A stretch of 63,726 bases of DNA, filler included, from Octopus bimaculoides (GCF_001194135.2; 7 parts of 6 records of this genome joined end to end with filler, not necessarily neighbours in it); one strand, 5' to 3'; numbered from the whole stretch's first letter, positions 1-10,568 are shown. A program made the numbers and translations. The notes: a model not told the origin generated them from the letters alone.

Positions 1-129
1 ATATATATATTCTATGCATATACGTGTACATATACATGTATATGTATACATATACATCTCTTTCTCTCTCTTTCTCTCTCTCTGAAAGTATCTGTCATTA
101 CAGTATCGAAATGTGATTGTTTCAGTTAG

Positions 130-403
130 TAGAATAGTTTCATTTTTAAAGTGAAAGTATTTGACATGAGTGTTTTTGTTTCACTTTTGACACGTAATAC
201 TTAAATAGTGGAGGAGATATTATGTTGCCGTGGGCTCGAACTCTGCAAGAAGTTAAAAAAATTTTTTGACTAAAACACAACTGGAACCCTAAGTAAGGCA
301 TGTGTAAAATTTGAATGAAATTGGTTGCGTAGTTCTCGAGTTTTAGGGATTCACACAGACAGACAGACAGACAGACACACATTCTCATTTTTATATATAT
401 AGA
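130..403 (-). mobile_element. Possible non-autonomous Helitron-like element, 5' part
   Basis: The minus strand begins A|TCTATATATATAAAAATGAGAATGTGTGTCTGTCTGTCTG, resembling Helitron-N 5' ends (TC start at an AT site, then a short microsatellite). No CTRR 3' end or hairpin was found. Confidence 0.3.
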
Positions 404-957
404 TATATAAATGTGTATGTATATGTGTAAATACTTTTATATATGTGGGGTGTATTTGCGTATATATTTTTGTATATTTGTATGCGTATCTATGTGTGTA
501 TATTTGTATGTATGTTTGTATTTCTGTAGATACCAATGTAATTTTATGTGTGCGTTTTTATATGTGTTCGTTGCGCAAGCTAAACGGAGTATCTAATCGT
601 GTTTAGATATTTTTCGAACGCCATCATGTAACACTCTCTACCCCTATCTATTTTTTCCCTTTCTCTCTCTCTCTAATTTTTTGTTTCTCTTTTATTTCTT
701 TTTCTTCTTTTTCACTGTTTTCTTCCTCCCCCTCATGCTTACTATTTTCTGATTTTTTTACTAACTTGTATAAACATACGCCAGGAGATTTTGTGCGCGT
801 GCGTGTATGCGTGCATACCTATATATGCATTTGTATATATATTTATGTCTTGCCTGTATAAGTATGTAGCTATGTACCTGCGCCTGTATGTTTAGTGCAT
901 ATATGTATATTATAAATGGCTTGGTATGTGTATATACTGCTAAATGTATATGTAATC

Positions 958-1530
958 TAGCGTGAAAAAAATTTTTAAACGGATGTAACTTTTAATATAC
1001 AGCACAGAATTTTTAGTGAACAGGTCGCGGTCTCAAAGCAACGAAAATATTTTGACAAATTAAATTTAAATGTTGAAGTGAATCTGACGGCTTTTGTGTG
1101 TTATTTTAAATGGCTTATAAACACCGTCCACGCTGCAATTGTTTTCGTTCCAGCACACGATCTCAGATCAGGTCACTTGCTATGCAAGTACATCTCCGTA
1201 AAACTTTTAATTTATTAATTGATTAATATTTTACAGCTAATTATTTACCCTGAGTATTCAGGCTCTGTCCTTCTTTATAAGCTATTTTTGATTCAAGGTT
1301 TTCGATTTTTATAATGATATGATTTTATACCGAAATTTGTTATTGCATGCAACCGGCTATTTAAAAGACCGTTAGTCGAAACAAAACCATTTTCAAATGT
1401 GTATCTATCAAGCTAATTGTATATTTTTGCTTATAACCTTATTTTTGTTCCATTCTAAACAAAACTGTCCGTCGAACGGGAACGGGAATCTCTGAATAAC
1501 AGTTTTTGTGATATTTTTGCTGGTTCTTAA
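958..1530 (+). repeat. Interspersed repeat of unknown class (runs into gap)
   Basis: Its last 42 nt recur inverted at 1824-1865, and a diverged copy of the same segment occurs at about 49703-49806. Confidence 0.45.
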
Positions 1531-1739
1531 NNNNNNNNNNNNNNNNNNNNNNNNNNNNNNNNNNNNNNNNNNNNNNNNNNNNNNNNNNNNNNNNNNNNNN
1601 NNNNNNNNNNNNNNNNNNNNNNNNNNNNNNNNNNNNNNNNNNNNNNNNNNNNNNNNNNNNNNNNNNNNNNNNNNNNNNNNNNNNNNNNNNNNNNNNNNNN
1701 NNNNNNNNNNNNNNNNNNNNNNNNNNNNNNNNNNNNNNT

Positions 1740-1865
1740 ATATATCAGAGTTAGCACATAAATGCGAAACGAGGTGGGGAAAAAAATTGTACTCGAATAC
1801 CAGACGTACAGTAATATGCTTTATTAAGAACCAGCAAAAATATCACAAAAACTGTTATTCAGAGA
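1740..1865 (-). repeat. Inverted 3' segment of the same repeat family
   Basis: 1824-1865 is the exact reverse complement of 1489-1530. The remainder aligns by eye to 49750-49806 (taaagcatattact...gtttcgcatttatgt). Confidence 0.6.
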
Positions 1866-2540
1866 AGTCATGGCAGTACAGCGTCTAAGTCTCACAAGTG
1901 CAGAGAAGAATTGACAGGACAATGGCACAGAAGACCATGATCTTTGTCCAGATGGTCAGCGTGTGATTGAAGAATACACGTTGGCTGAGTCTACTGAAGG
2001 CGGAGTGGGCTGCCTTGATCCGGGTCTGCACGTCCTTTTCACATGTAGGGGTCTTTGAAAGAATACTCCTAAGGCATGAGGCATGTTCAACTTCTGGGGA
2101 TTGACCGATGATGCTAATGTTCGTGGGTGGACTGTTCTGGCCTGGTGAAGGTTGGATCACGGTCTTGGTTTTTGATATAACTGCATCCCGAAGTGTACAT
2201 AAGCCGCCTTGTAAAGATCAGCCATTCTTTGTAGGCCATCTACGGTCTGGCTCGGGGTGGCATTGTCGTTGGTATACTGCATCTCACGGTCTGAGCTGGC
2301 AGGAGTCCTCGTCTTTGCATGGAGACATGCAAGATTGAAGAGTCTGCCATCCAAATGATAGCACATGTTGGATGGTAAGTCCAGTGGGATTTTGTTAAAC
2401 ATGACGGTCATGTACAAAGGGAAACAGGTTGGTGCCAATAGGCGATGAGAAAATCACATTACCAACAACGAGGTTCTTCACTGTGCCTCACTACCGTCGA
2501 AGCGTTGAAGCCACCATTCTTTGCCATTGTCTCCGCTGCC
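1866..2540 (-). mobile_element. RTE-clade LINE, decayed RT segment (inverted 5' portion)
   Basis: Minus-strand translations APTCFPLYMTVMF, REMQYTNDN (degenerate YADD) and DVQTRIKAAHSAFSRLSQRVF...KIMVFCAIVLSILLCTCET match RTE RT and post-RT motifs. Frameshifted. Confidence 0.85.
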
Positions 2541-2975
2541 AGGTCATGTCCAGTATATGGAGCCCTTTCGTCTCTTGAGGATCATGCTCTATGGAGAACT
2601 TGCAATCAGAACAAGACCCAGAGGAGGCCCAAAATTCCGTTTTATAGACCAGCTCAAATGGACCCTGGCTCAAACTAACATTCAGCCATCCTCATGGGAA
2701 CAGATTGCCAAGGATAGGACACCCTGGAGGACTACTGTCTGCAATGGAGCCAGCTCCTTCAAACAGAACAGATAACAGAATGAGGAGGTCAAACGCAGGA
2801 GAAGAAAGGAGCGTCTTCAACATCCTTGACCTGCACCGACCATCCTGTGCAAATTCTGCCCATAACTCTTTTACTACCGACTTGGACTCCAAAGTCACAT
2901 TCAGCACAAGTGTCTGCTGAGGAGACTGGATAAAAACTGACAAACCCAATGCTCAAATACAAGCTGAAGCTGATG
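2541..2975 (+). mobile_element. RTE-clade LINE, 3' end (forward portion)
   Basis: GHVQYMEPFRLLRIMLYGELAIRTRPRGGPKFRFIDQLK...WEQIAKDRTPWR is the RTE C-terminal motif. It ends in a ctgaagctgatgat tail before (TA)n. Confidence 0.85.
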
Positions 2976-2982
2976 ATATATG

Positions 2983-3024
<42 letters not shown>

Positions 3025-3054
3025 ATATTAAAAACAGAACACAAAGGATATCAC

Positions 3055-3152
3055 GGTACACGTGTTTCAAGCTTTATAAACAATCTGTTATTACATTAGC
3101 ATAGGTATATTATTGATATAAAAGATGGTGTAAAGCTCTCCTCAGCAGCAAA
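3055..3152 (-). ncRNA. Type I hammerhead ribozyme motif, copy A
   Basis: Minus strand: CTGAGGA (3145-3139), helix II GAGCTTTA/TAAAGCTT (8 bp), GAAA (3068-3065), palindromic helix III ACACGTGT, GUA cleavage triplet. Helix I is partly mismatched. Confidence 0.7.
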
Positions 3153-3440
3153 CATTGTTAGTCCAAAGATTACATCACAAAAGAAAAAGTACACATAGTA
3201 TTACCCATTACAATAGGTTTATCACATCCCTTTGAAAGGTTATATTTGTATAAAAGTTCGTTGTATTTCAGAAATCTGACCGTATTGTACCACTATTCAG
3301 CATAGAGTTAATGTTATATATATATATATATATATGTGTATNNNNNNNNNNNNNNNNNNNNNNNNNNNNNNNNNNNNNNNNNNNNNNNNNNNNNNTCAAA
3401 TGTAAATAATATACAAACAGACACACACACACACATGAAT

Positions 3441-3471
<31 letters not shown>

Positions 3472-3516
3472 TATATAAATATACATACATGCATATATAT
3501 ACATATATATACCCCG

Positions 3517-3572
3517 CAGTTCTATATTTAAGAGATGAGAAATTATGTACATTATTTACATTTGACAGATAT
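3517..3572 (-). repeat. Inverted terminal-repeat segment at the 5' junction of a PLE
   Basis: The reverse complement begins atatctgtcaaatgtaaataatgta, identical to the element 3' end at about 4820-4845. Confidence 0.75.
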
Positions 3573-4623
3573 ATTGACAAGAACAGGGTTTAGCTCTGGG
3601 TTCGACATTATCACGGATAATAGCGAATATATACATGGAATACTCTGAGAATTTGGCTTTAGGATCAACACCACTAAAACCAACCCTATGGCTGCGATAT
3701 GTTGATGACACCTTTATACTCTGGCCCCACCAGAAAGATGTCCACGTGCTGTTAAATCATGTGAACTCAATAAAGCCATCCATACAGTTCACCATGGAAA
3801 AGGAAAAAGACAATCAGCTAGCATTCCTGGACGTATTAATAACATGCACCAAGTATGGATTCAGGACATCCATATACTGCAAGCCGACCTTCACTGGACG
3901 ATACCGCAACTTCAATTCCCACCATCCATACAGTGTAAAGAGAGGGATTGCTCAGTGCCTAAAACATTGAGTTAAGAATATTAGTAGCGATCGTGATACA
4001 CACCATGAAGAAATGATCAAGCTCAATAAAAATCTATTAAGCAACAACTACTTTAAAAAATACTATCCACTCTAATTATGAAGAGAGAATGAAACCAGTA
4101 AACTGTCCACAGTCTGTCTACCCTATGTGAAAGGCCTCTCCAAAAAGATACAAAAGTTATGCGGCCCATATGACATCAGGACAGTGTTCAAGAGTAATAC
4201 AACACTTCAAAAATATCTCCTTCGAGTAAAACCACCAATAGAAGAGAATATGACCAAAGACTGCATGTACTCCATCCCATGCAGCTGTGCTAGGTTATAC
4301 AAGGGCGAAACATGTTGCCCCCTCAAAATAAGGGTAGACAAACATTGCAAAGCTGTGACATGAGGAGATATTGATAAATCGGATATAGCTGGTCATGTAT
4401 GGAAAAATGGAGACCACCTCCCCCTGTGGGATGAAGTTAAAATAAGAGACAGAGAACACCACTGGAAAATACGAAAACTAAAAGAAGCAGCACATATGCT
4501 AGGACACAACAACCTCCTAAGCAGACCGAGTGCAGATATGAACAGCATATGGCAACCGGTATTAAGGAAGGATAGTAGAATATTAGATTTATAAGCCCTA
4601 AAATTCACTCTATAATTGCCCAC

Positions 4624-4684
4624 GGGCATATGGCATAGTGGTTAAGAGCGCAGGCTACTAACCCCAAGATTCCAAGTTCAATTA
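4624..4684 (+). promoter_or_regulatory. tRNA-derived Pol III promoter-like head inside the PLE 3' repeat
   Basis: A-box TGGCATAGTGG, anticodon-like loop CTACTAA and a partial B-box (AGTTCAATT). No acceptor stem. Confidence 0.55.
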
Positions 4685-4749
4685 ATAATAATAATGATAA
4701 TATCGAAAAATATCATAAGAATGAGAACCCAGGTTCGAAATTTCCCCAA

Positions 4750-4795
4750 GACACTTGATGAAAGCTGGAGGGTATATCAGCCAAAACGTTGTGTT
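4750..4795 (+). ncRNA. Decayed type I hammerhead ribozyme in the PLE terminal repeat
   Basis: GACAC-TTGATGA-aaGCTG gagggtatat CAGCc-AAAA-CGTT-GTGTT. Helix I is GACAC/GTGTT and helix III is palindromic ACGT. C3 and G12 positions are mutated. Confidence 0.55.
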
Positions 4796-5153
4796 AACAA
4801 CAAACAAGATGAGGACAAATATCTGTCAAATGTAAATAATGTATATATATACCATATTAACCTAATTGCATCACTTTCAGAATTGCTTACCTCTCTTGCA
4901 TGCAATCTTTTCACTCAGACCCAACACTGTTTGGAAATCGGTGTTGATTCAAAGTCAGTGAACAGCGATGATGAAACCAGTATGACTTTCTATATTGACT
5001 CATGATAATGACTTTTTAGACTTCTTAATTACACCTCAAATCATTAATTTGTATGTATAATATATCCTTGTTTTTATTTAAAAAGCCATTACTTTTATAC
5101 CTAGTGTACATTTTCTTTGTTTCCTTTTACGTTTCCTCTCTCTCTCTCTCTCT

Positions 5154-5190
<37 letters not shown>

Positions 5191-5193
<3 letters not shown>

Positions 5194-5495
5194 TGGTGGA
5201 CTGGGTCTAAAAATATTGGTTGCCAGGAGACTAAGAGGACCCATTGGCAACTACAAGGAGGCCCACCCGTAACTGCAATACTATCATTTAATTTTTTTTT
5301 TTTTTTGTTAAAAGTATTTTTTTCAACTATCTATAAACATAGCCAGGCTGAAATAATTAATGCATTCTTCCAGGAGTGAATAAAAAATTCTCAAACTTAA
5401 GGGGATGGGCCCCTTAGATACTAACATGGGCTCCCATATACATATTCTAATGGCACAGGGACCCACAAGCTGGCAACCTGGCCAGTCTGCCATTG
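5191..5495. mobile_element. MITE with hAT-like TIRs
   Basis: Starts CAGTGGTGGACTGG and ends CCAGTCTGCCATTG (11/14 inverted match), with a subterminal inverted pair GGTTGCCAG/CTGGCAACC. No TSD seen. Confidence 0.5.
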
Positions 5496-6984
5496 CATAA
5501 GTGTGTGTATGTGTATATATATATATATAACGTGAGAGAGTTAGGGGTTGGGGGTTCAACCCACTAAGGGATAGTATCTATCCAGTATACTGCTGGGAGG
5601 GTACCCAATTATTGCTACACTAGTGCTATACTAGGTGCAATCAATGGGAGCAGGTAAAAGTGGAGGTTTTACCCAAAATTTGTGTAACAATTAGAAAATG
5701 GAGGATAATATGCTGAACCCAACTACTTGCAGACGGTGTATCCCGTTGAATTCATTAATTTAATTCATAGCAAAAGTGACAAAAAAAGGAAGAAAAGAAA
5801 AAGAAAGAAAGAACNNNNNNNNNNNNNNNNNNNNNNNNNNNNNNNNNNNNNNNNNNNNNNNNNNNNNNNNNNNNNNNNNNNNNNNNNNNNNNNNNNNNNN
5901 NNNNNNNNNNNNNNNNNNNNNNNNNNNNNNNNNNNNNNNNNNNNNNNNNNNNNNNNNNNNNNNNNNNNNNNNNNNNNNNNNNNNNNNNNNNNNNNNNNNN
6001 NNNNNNNNNNNNNNNNNNNNNNNNNNNNNNNNNNNNNNNNNNNNNNNNNNNNNNNNNNNNNNNNNNNNNNNNNNNNNNNNNNNNNNNNNNNNNNNNNNNN
6101 NNNNNNNNNNNNNNNNNNNNNNNNNNNNNNNNNNNNNNNNNNNNNNNNNNNNNNNNNNNNNNNNNNNNNNNNNNNNNNNNNNNNNNNNNNNNNNNNNNNN
6201 NNNNNNNNNNNNNNNNNNNNNNNNNNNNNNNNNNNNNNNNNNNNNNNNNNNNNNNNNNNNNNNNNNNNNNNNNNNNNNNNNNNNNNNNNNNNNNNNNNNN
6301 NNNNNNNNNNNNNNNNNNNNNNNNNNNNNNNNNNNNNNNNNNNNNNNNNNNNNNNNNNNNNNNNNNNNNNNNNNNNNNNNNNNNNNNNNNNNNNNNNNNN
6401 NNNNNNNNNNNNNNNNNNNNNNNNNNNNNNNNNNNNNNNNNNNNNNNNNNNNNNNNNNNNNNNNNNNNNNNNNNNNNNNNNNNNNNNNNNNNNNNNNNNN
6501 NNNNNNNNNNNNNNNNNNNNNNNNNNNNGCCAAACTTTCAAACTTAGCGGTGTAAGATATCTTGTTGCCTCTTCCAACGGCTCTACCATTCTGCTGCTAA
6601 TGGGGGAGGGTTAATTACTACCGTTAACTTCCCTCCTTCCAATTGGGCAACTATTGTTTTAAACTGCCTATGCTTAGCTACGGTTGGATAGCCACTGGCC
6701 GGTCAAGATGCTAGCCTGCCTGCGCACCCCACCCCACACGCGTGCTATGTATATCTCCCCGTACTCACGCTCATGCGTGCGTGTATGTATATACACATGT
6801 ATGTGCGCAGCCACACATCTCTTAATTCTACTATATACTCACGGTGAGGGGGTAAAGTTCCCAATGTGATGGCATTAGAGTTAAATTGGTAGACTTTCAA
6901 GAAGACTACACGCCGATAGCCACAACAGTAACAATGAGGATATATATACATTTCGTTTTTGTATCTGGTTTGCAAGATTCTTTA

Positions 6985-7320
6985 TGTGAATTCATGTGTT
7001 GAAGCATATTTTGTTGTGTCTGGGAAGAGTCATTTGGTTTTTATGCTTTATTAAGTAACACACAAGAAGATGACATTCATTGAAGAGACATCTAGAAGTT
7101 TTGCGGAGAGATTAAATAAACACTTGAGGCAAAATGGTGATAAAAAACAGTCCTCCATACTCTACCAACATGCCAAAGACCAACATGGAGGCACATTGGA
7201 CCAACTTGACACCCACATTCTGTCCATGCACCCAAAAGACCCATCACTCAAACAAATACGAGAGTATATCCTCATAAATGAAACATACCCCATACTAAAT
7301 AGGAAATATATGTAGAAGGT
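6985..7320 (+). mobile_element. PLE GIY-YIG endonuclease fragment
   Basis: TFIEETSRSFAERLNKH...SSILYQH...ILSMHPKDPSLKQIREYILINETYPILNRK is a degenerate YIGET..R..EH and RQIxE..LN pattern. Confidence 0.7.
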
Positions 7321-7393
7321 AGTGATACCCCAATACTCACAGAATATACATACATAGGTACATTTGTTAGTAGTTTGCAAATATATATATATC

Positions 7394-7432
<39 letters not shown>

Positions 7433-7467
7433 TAAAAACGTAAAATTAAAACAGAACACAAAGGATT

Positions 7468-7570
7468 CCGCGGTACACTTGTTTCAAGCTTTATACACAA
7501 ACAGTCATTGCATTATTATATGGGTATATAATTGATAGACAGGATGGTATAAAGCTATCTTCAGCCGCAA
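7468..7570 (-). ncRNA. Type I hammerhead ribozyme motif, copy B
   Basis: Minus strand: helix I GCGG/CCGC, CTGAAGA (7564-7558), helix II AGCTTTATAC/GTATAAAGCT (10 bp, with a U-U first position), GAAA (7485-7482), AC-AAGT-GT, GUA triplet. Same repeat family as 3019-3310. Confidence 0.72.
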
Positions 7571-7724
7571 ATATATTCTCTCCCAAGCATTATATCACAA
7601 AGACGAAGTCATCAAGAAAATAGTAAAAGAGAGAGAAACATGAGAGGGAAAAACATGAGAGAGAAAGAGGGGGAGTCCACTTGGTATTGTCCATTGTAAT
7701 ATACATTGTAATATGTATATCAAC

Positions 7725-7824
7725 NNNNNNNNNNNNNNNNNNNNNNNNNNNNNNNNNNNNNNNNNNNNTTAATTAATTAANNNNNNNNNNNNNNNNNNNN
7801 NNNNNNNNNNNNNNNNNNNNNNNN
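7725..7824. other. Artificial assembly linker N44-TTAATTAATTAA-N44
   Basis: 100-nt spacer with a palindromic all-frame stop linker at 7769-7780. Confidence 0.95.
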
Positions 7825-7924
7825 CTTACCTACCTAACTGCATCTCGAACTTGCTTTATTTTAATTTCGTCCATCAAACAAATATGTACGCCCTCATAGA
7901 CCAAGCTTTATCCTTCTCCCAACT

Positions 7925-7965
<41 letters not shown>

Positions 7966-8894
7966 ACTCATTTACCTTCGGTATCTTTTTCTTATAAATT
8001 TGCCTTTAGCCGCATTCAAGTGAGAACGATGCTGGATAGTTTTGATTAACTGTACTGCTGATTATCTTTGTAGTTTCTGTACATCCATTCACTTAACCAA
8101 TGCTGCTCCTCTGTAACTTAACTACATCTTGGTTATTAAAATCACTTCCGGATCTTGCTTTCTTTGGAGTTACTTACAGCTTCTAATTGCCTCGAGGAAA
8201 TATTCCTAGCGTAACTGATTTCGCACGGGCTGTGAACATGCCACCAACCGGAAATTAAATTTAATATGTATGTAGTCCGAAAAGGAAAGCTTTCATGTAT
8301 GTGTTTAGTTTGGAACCGCGTGATCCACTTCAATTTCGCGGGTATATACATTTTCCAGTTTATAGTTAAACTTCATTAAAAATTTGTTGATTTTTTTGTT
8401 TTTTTCGTTACATTTTTATTTTCTGAAGAAAAAAGTCGTTACTTACTGTCAAGTATTATTATTATTAAAAAGAAAACAATGCTGAAATAAAGTTTTACAC
8501 AGACAAGTCATACAGAGATTCAGCGAAAGTATTAAGAATACTTGTGTGATATCTATAACTTTGATGTATATCTGTTTTAAAAATGTAAGGAACAAGAGCT
8601 GTCAATGAAGATTGTTTATAATTAAAACAATCTCTTTTGCTGAACGAGATCATTGGATATCAAAATAATTTGAATGAATAGCACGAAACTTGGTATATGG
8701 TTAGAACCAACATACGTGGATACATATATATCGATATATATATTTACACAGCAGGCTTCTTTCAGTTTCTGTCTACCAAATCCATTGACATTTCGGCGCT
8801 TATAAGGAACAAATATTAGTTTGTTTATATTTATATACACGTGGTTGCACATTTAGCTTTAAAAGCGTCTAAAAAGCGGCTGGATTTGTCGGCG

Positions 8895-8970
8895 GGCAGT
8901 TTAGCTTAATGGTAAAGCACTTGGCTGGAGTAATATAAAGAGATATGGGTCCGAGTCCCATAGCCAGACA
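8895..8970 (+). mobile_element. tRNA-derived SINE head or tRNA pseudogene
   Basis: D-arm GCTT-AATGGTA-AAGC and T-arm ATGGG-TCCGAGT-CCCAT are present. Acceptor and anticodon stems do not pair. Confidence 0.55.
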
Positions 8971-9731
8971 AGTTCTCTGTGGGATAAAACCGTTGTAGTT
9001 CAGGCTTCCACCGCTAGAAGCCACTTGATACAACCCTCAAGCATCAGTCTGCCGACCGGCGCCGTTATGTTATGTCGTACTGCCAAGTGATGCATCTTTG
9101 CTTTGCAGTGCTTCTCTCCTATTCGTCGAATCTNNNNNNNNNNNNNNNNNNNNNNNNNNNNNNNNNNNNNNNNNNNNNNNNNNNNNNNNNNNNNNNNNNN
9201 NNNNNNNNNNNNNNNNNNNNNNNNNNNNNNNNNNNNNNNNNNNNNNNNNNNNNNNNNNNNNNNNNNNNNNNNNNNNNNNNNNNNNNNNNNNNNNNNNNNN
9301 NNNNNNNNNNNNNNNNNNNNNNNNNNNNNNNNNNNNNNNNNNNNNNNNNNNNNNNNNNNNNNNNNNNNNNNNNNNNNNNNNNNNNNNNNNNNNNNNNNNN
9401 NNNNNNNNNNNNNNNNNNNNNNNNNNNNNNNNNNNNNNNNNNNNNNNNNNNNNNNNNNNNNNNNNNNNNNNNNNNNNNNNNNNNNNNNNNNNNNNNNNNN
9501 NNNNNNNNNNNNNNNNNNNNNNNNNNNNNNNNNNNNNNNNNNNNNNNNNNNNNNNNNNNNNNNNNNNNNNNNNNNNNNNNNNNNNNNNNNNNNNNNNNNN
9601 NNNNNNNNNNNNNNNNNNNNNNAGTATGTTTCCACTGGTAATATGTAAATATTGTAAAACTGAGGTGGACGAGCTTTATAGTGTACTCTACTACGTTCTT
9701 AAAAGAATATACTATACTTATATATATATAC

Positions 9732-9788
<57 letters not shown>

Positions 9789-9794
9789 AGATAG

Positions 9795-9917
9795 ATATAC
9801 ATATGTTGATGCAAACAGGAAATATAGAACTCAAAATATGAGTATATGTGTATTTTCATTAATATTTAACTGAAGTAACAAAGTGACTCAAGATCCGAAA
9901 GTTTCGTGCGTTGGCAC
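9795..9917 (-). repeat. PLE terminal-repeat-like remnant with partial HHR
   Basis: Minus strand GTGC-CAAC-GCAC-GAAAC... The downstream sequence is homologous to 45130-45264. Confidence 0.5.
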
Positions 9918-9985
9918 ATATATATGTGCGTATGTATGTATGTATTTATCTATGCATGTATGTATGTATGCATGTATGTATGTAT

Positions 9986-10568
9986 GTCATTATTCAGTTT
10001 CTTTCAAAATTTCTTGCCAATAGAGAAAGAACCGGTTTCTAACGTAGATCTAAGGCTCCTTCATTAGAATTACAACATCAACTACAGGGTATGTATGTAT
10101 GTATGTATGTATGCATGCATGTATGCATGTATGCATGTATGTATGTATATATGTATGTATGTTTGTATGTATGTATGCATGTATGTATGCATGTATGTAT
10201 GTATGTATGTGTGTGTGTATGTATGTATGTATGTATGTATGTGTATGTATGTATGTGCAGATTTGTGTTATTATGTATGTATTCTCATGCATATAGTTAC
10301 ATATCTACACATACTCATATATAATAAATTTTATTTAAGTTTTGCAGATTTTTACAATTCCAGTGATGGATTGGTTCTGTAGACTTCGCATTAGCTTTCT
10401 CCTTTCTGATTTTCAGAAGCCTAATTTCTCAAGATTGGTATTTAGGCAGTGTATTACATATCCCAGGGCCCCAGTTATCACTGGTATAAGCCTGAAATTG
10501 TAATCTGGATAGAGTAACTGCATATTTCTCAAGAGCATTGGTGTTCTCTTCTTCACTGATCTTCACAT
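9986..10568 (-). mobile_element. RLE-type non-LTR retrotransposon 3' end (R4/Dong-like or related)
   Basis: Minus-strand translation LLRNMQLLYPDYNFRLIPVITGALGYVIHCLNTNLEKLGF*...LQNQSITGIVKICKT matches the IPxxxGALG...LQ...GT C-terminal RLE-LINE pattern. The 3' UTR ends in (CATA)n. Confidence 0.7.

Larger units (their letters stand above)
3573..4846 (+). mobile_element. Penelope-like element (Penelope/Poseidon type), 5'-truncated, RT + GIY-YIG + 3' terminal repeat
   Basis: IANIYMEYSENLAL...WLRYVDDTFILW...FTMEKEKDNQLAFLDVLI...RYRNFNSHHP (PLE RT); MYSIPCSCARLYKGET...IRVDKH and RKLKEAAHM (GIY-YIG). Contains stops and frameshifts. Confidence 0.92.

Noticed and set aside
6600-6720. Twister-ribozyme-like words (TAAACTGCC, GCCGGTCAAG, GGAGGG)
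   Set aside because: The CCCAAGCCC segment and the pseudoknot partners are missing or out of order.
8895-8970. Functional tRNA gene
   Set aside because: D- and T-arms are present, but the acceptor and anticodon stems do not pair. Treated as a SINE head or pseudogene.
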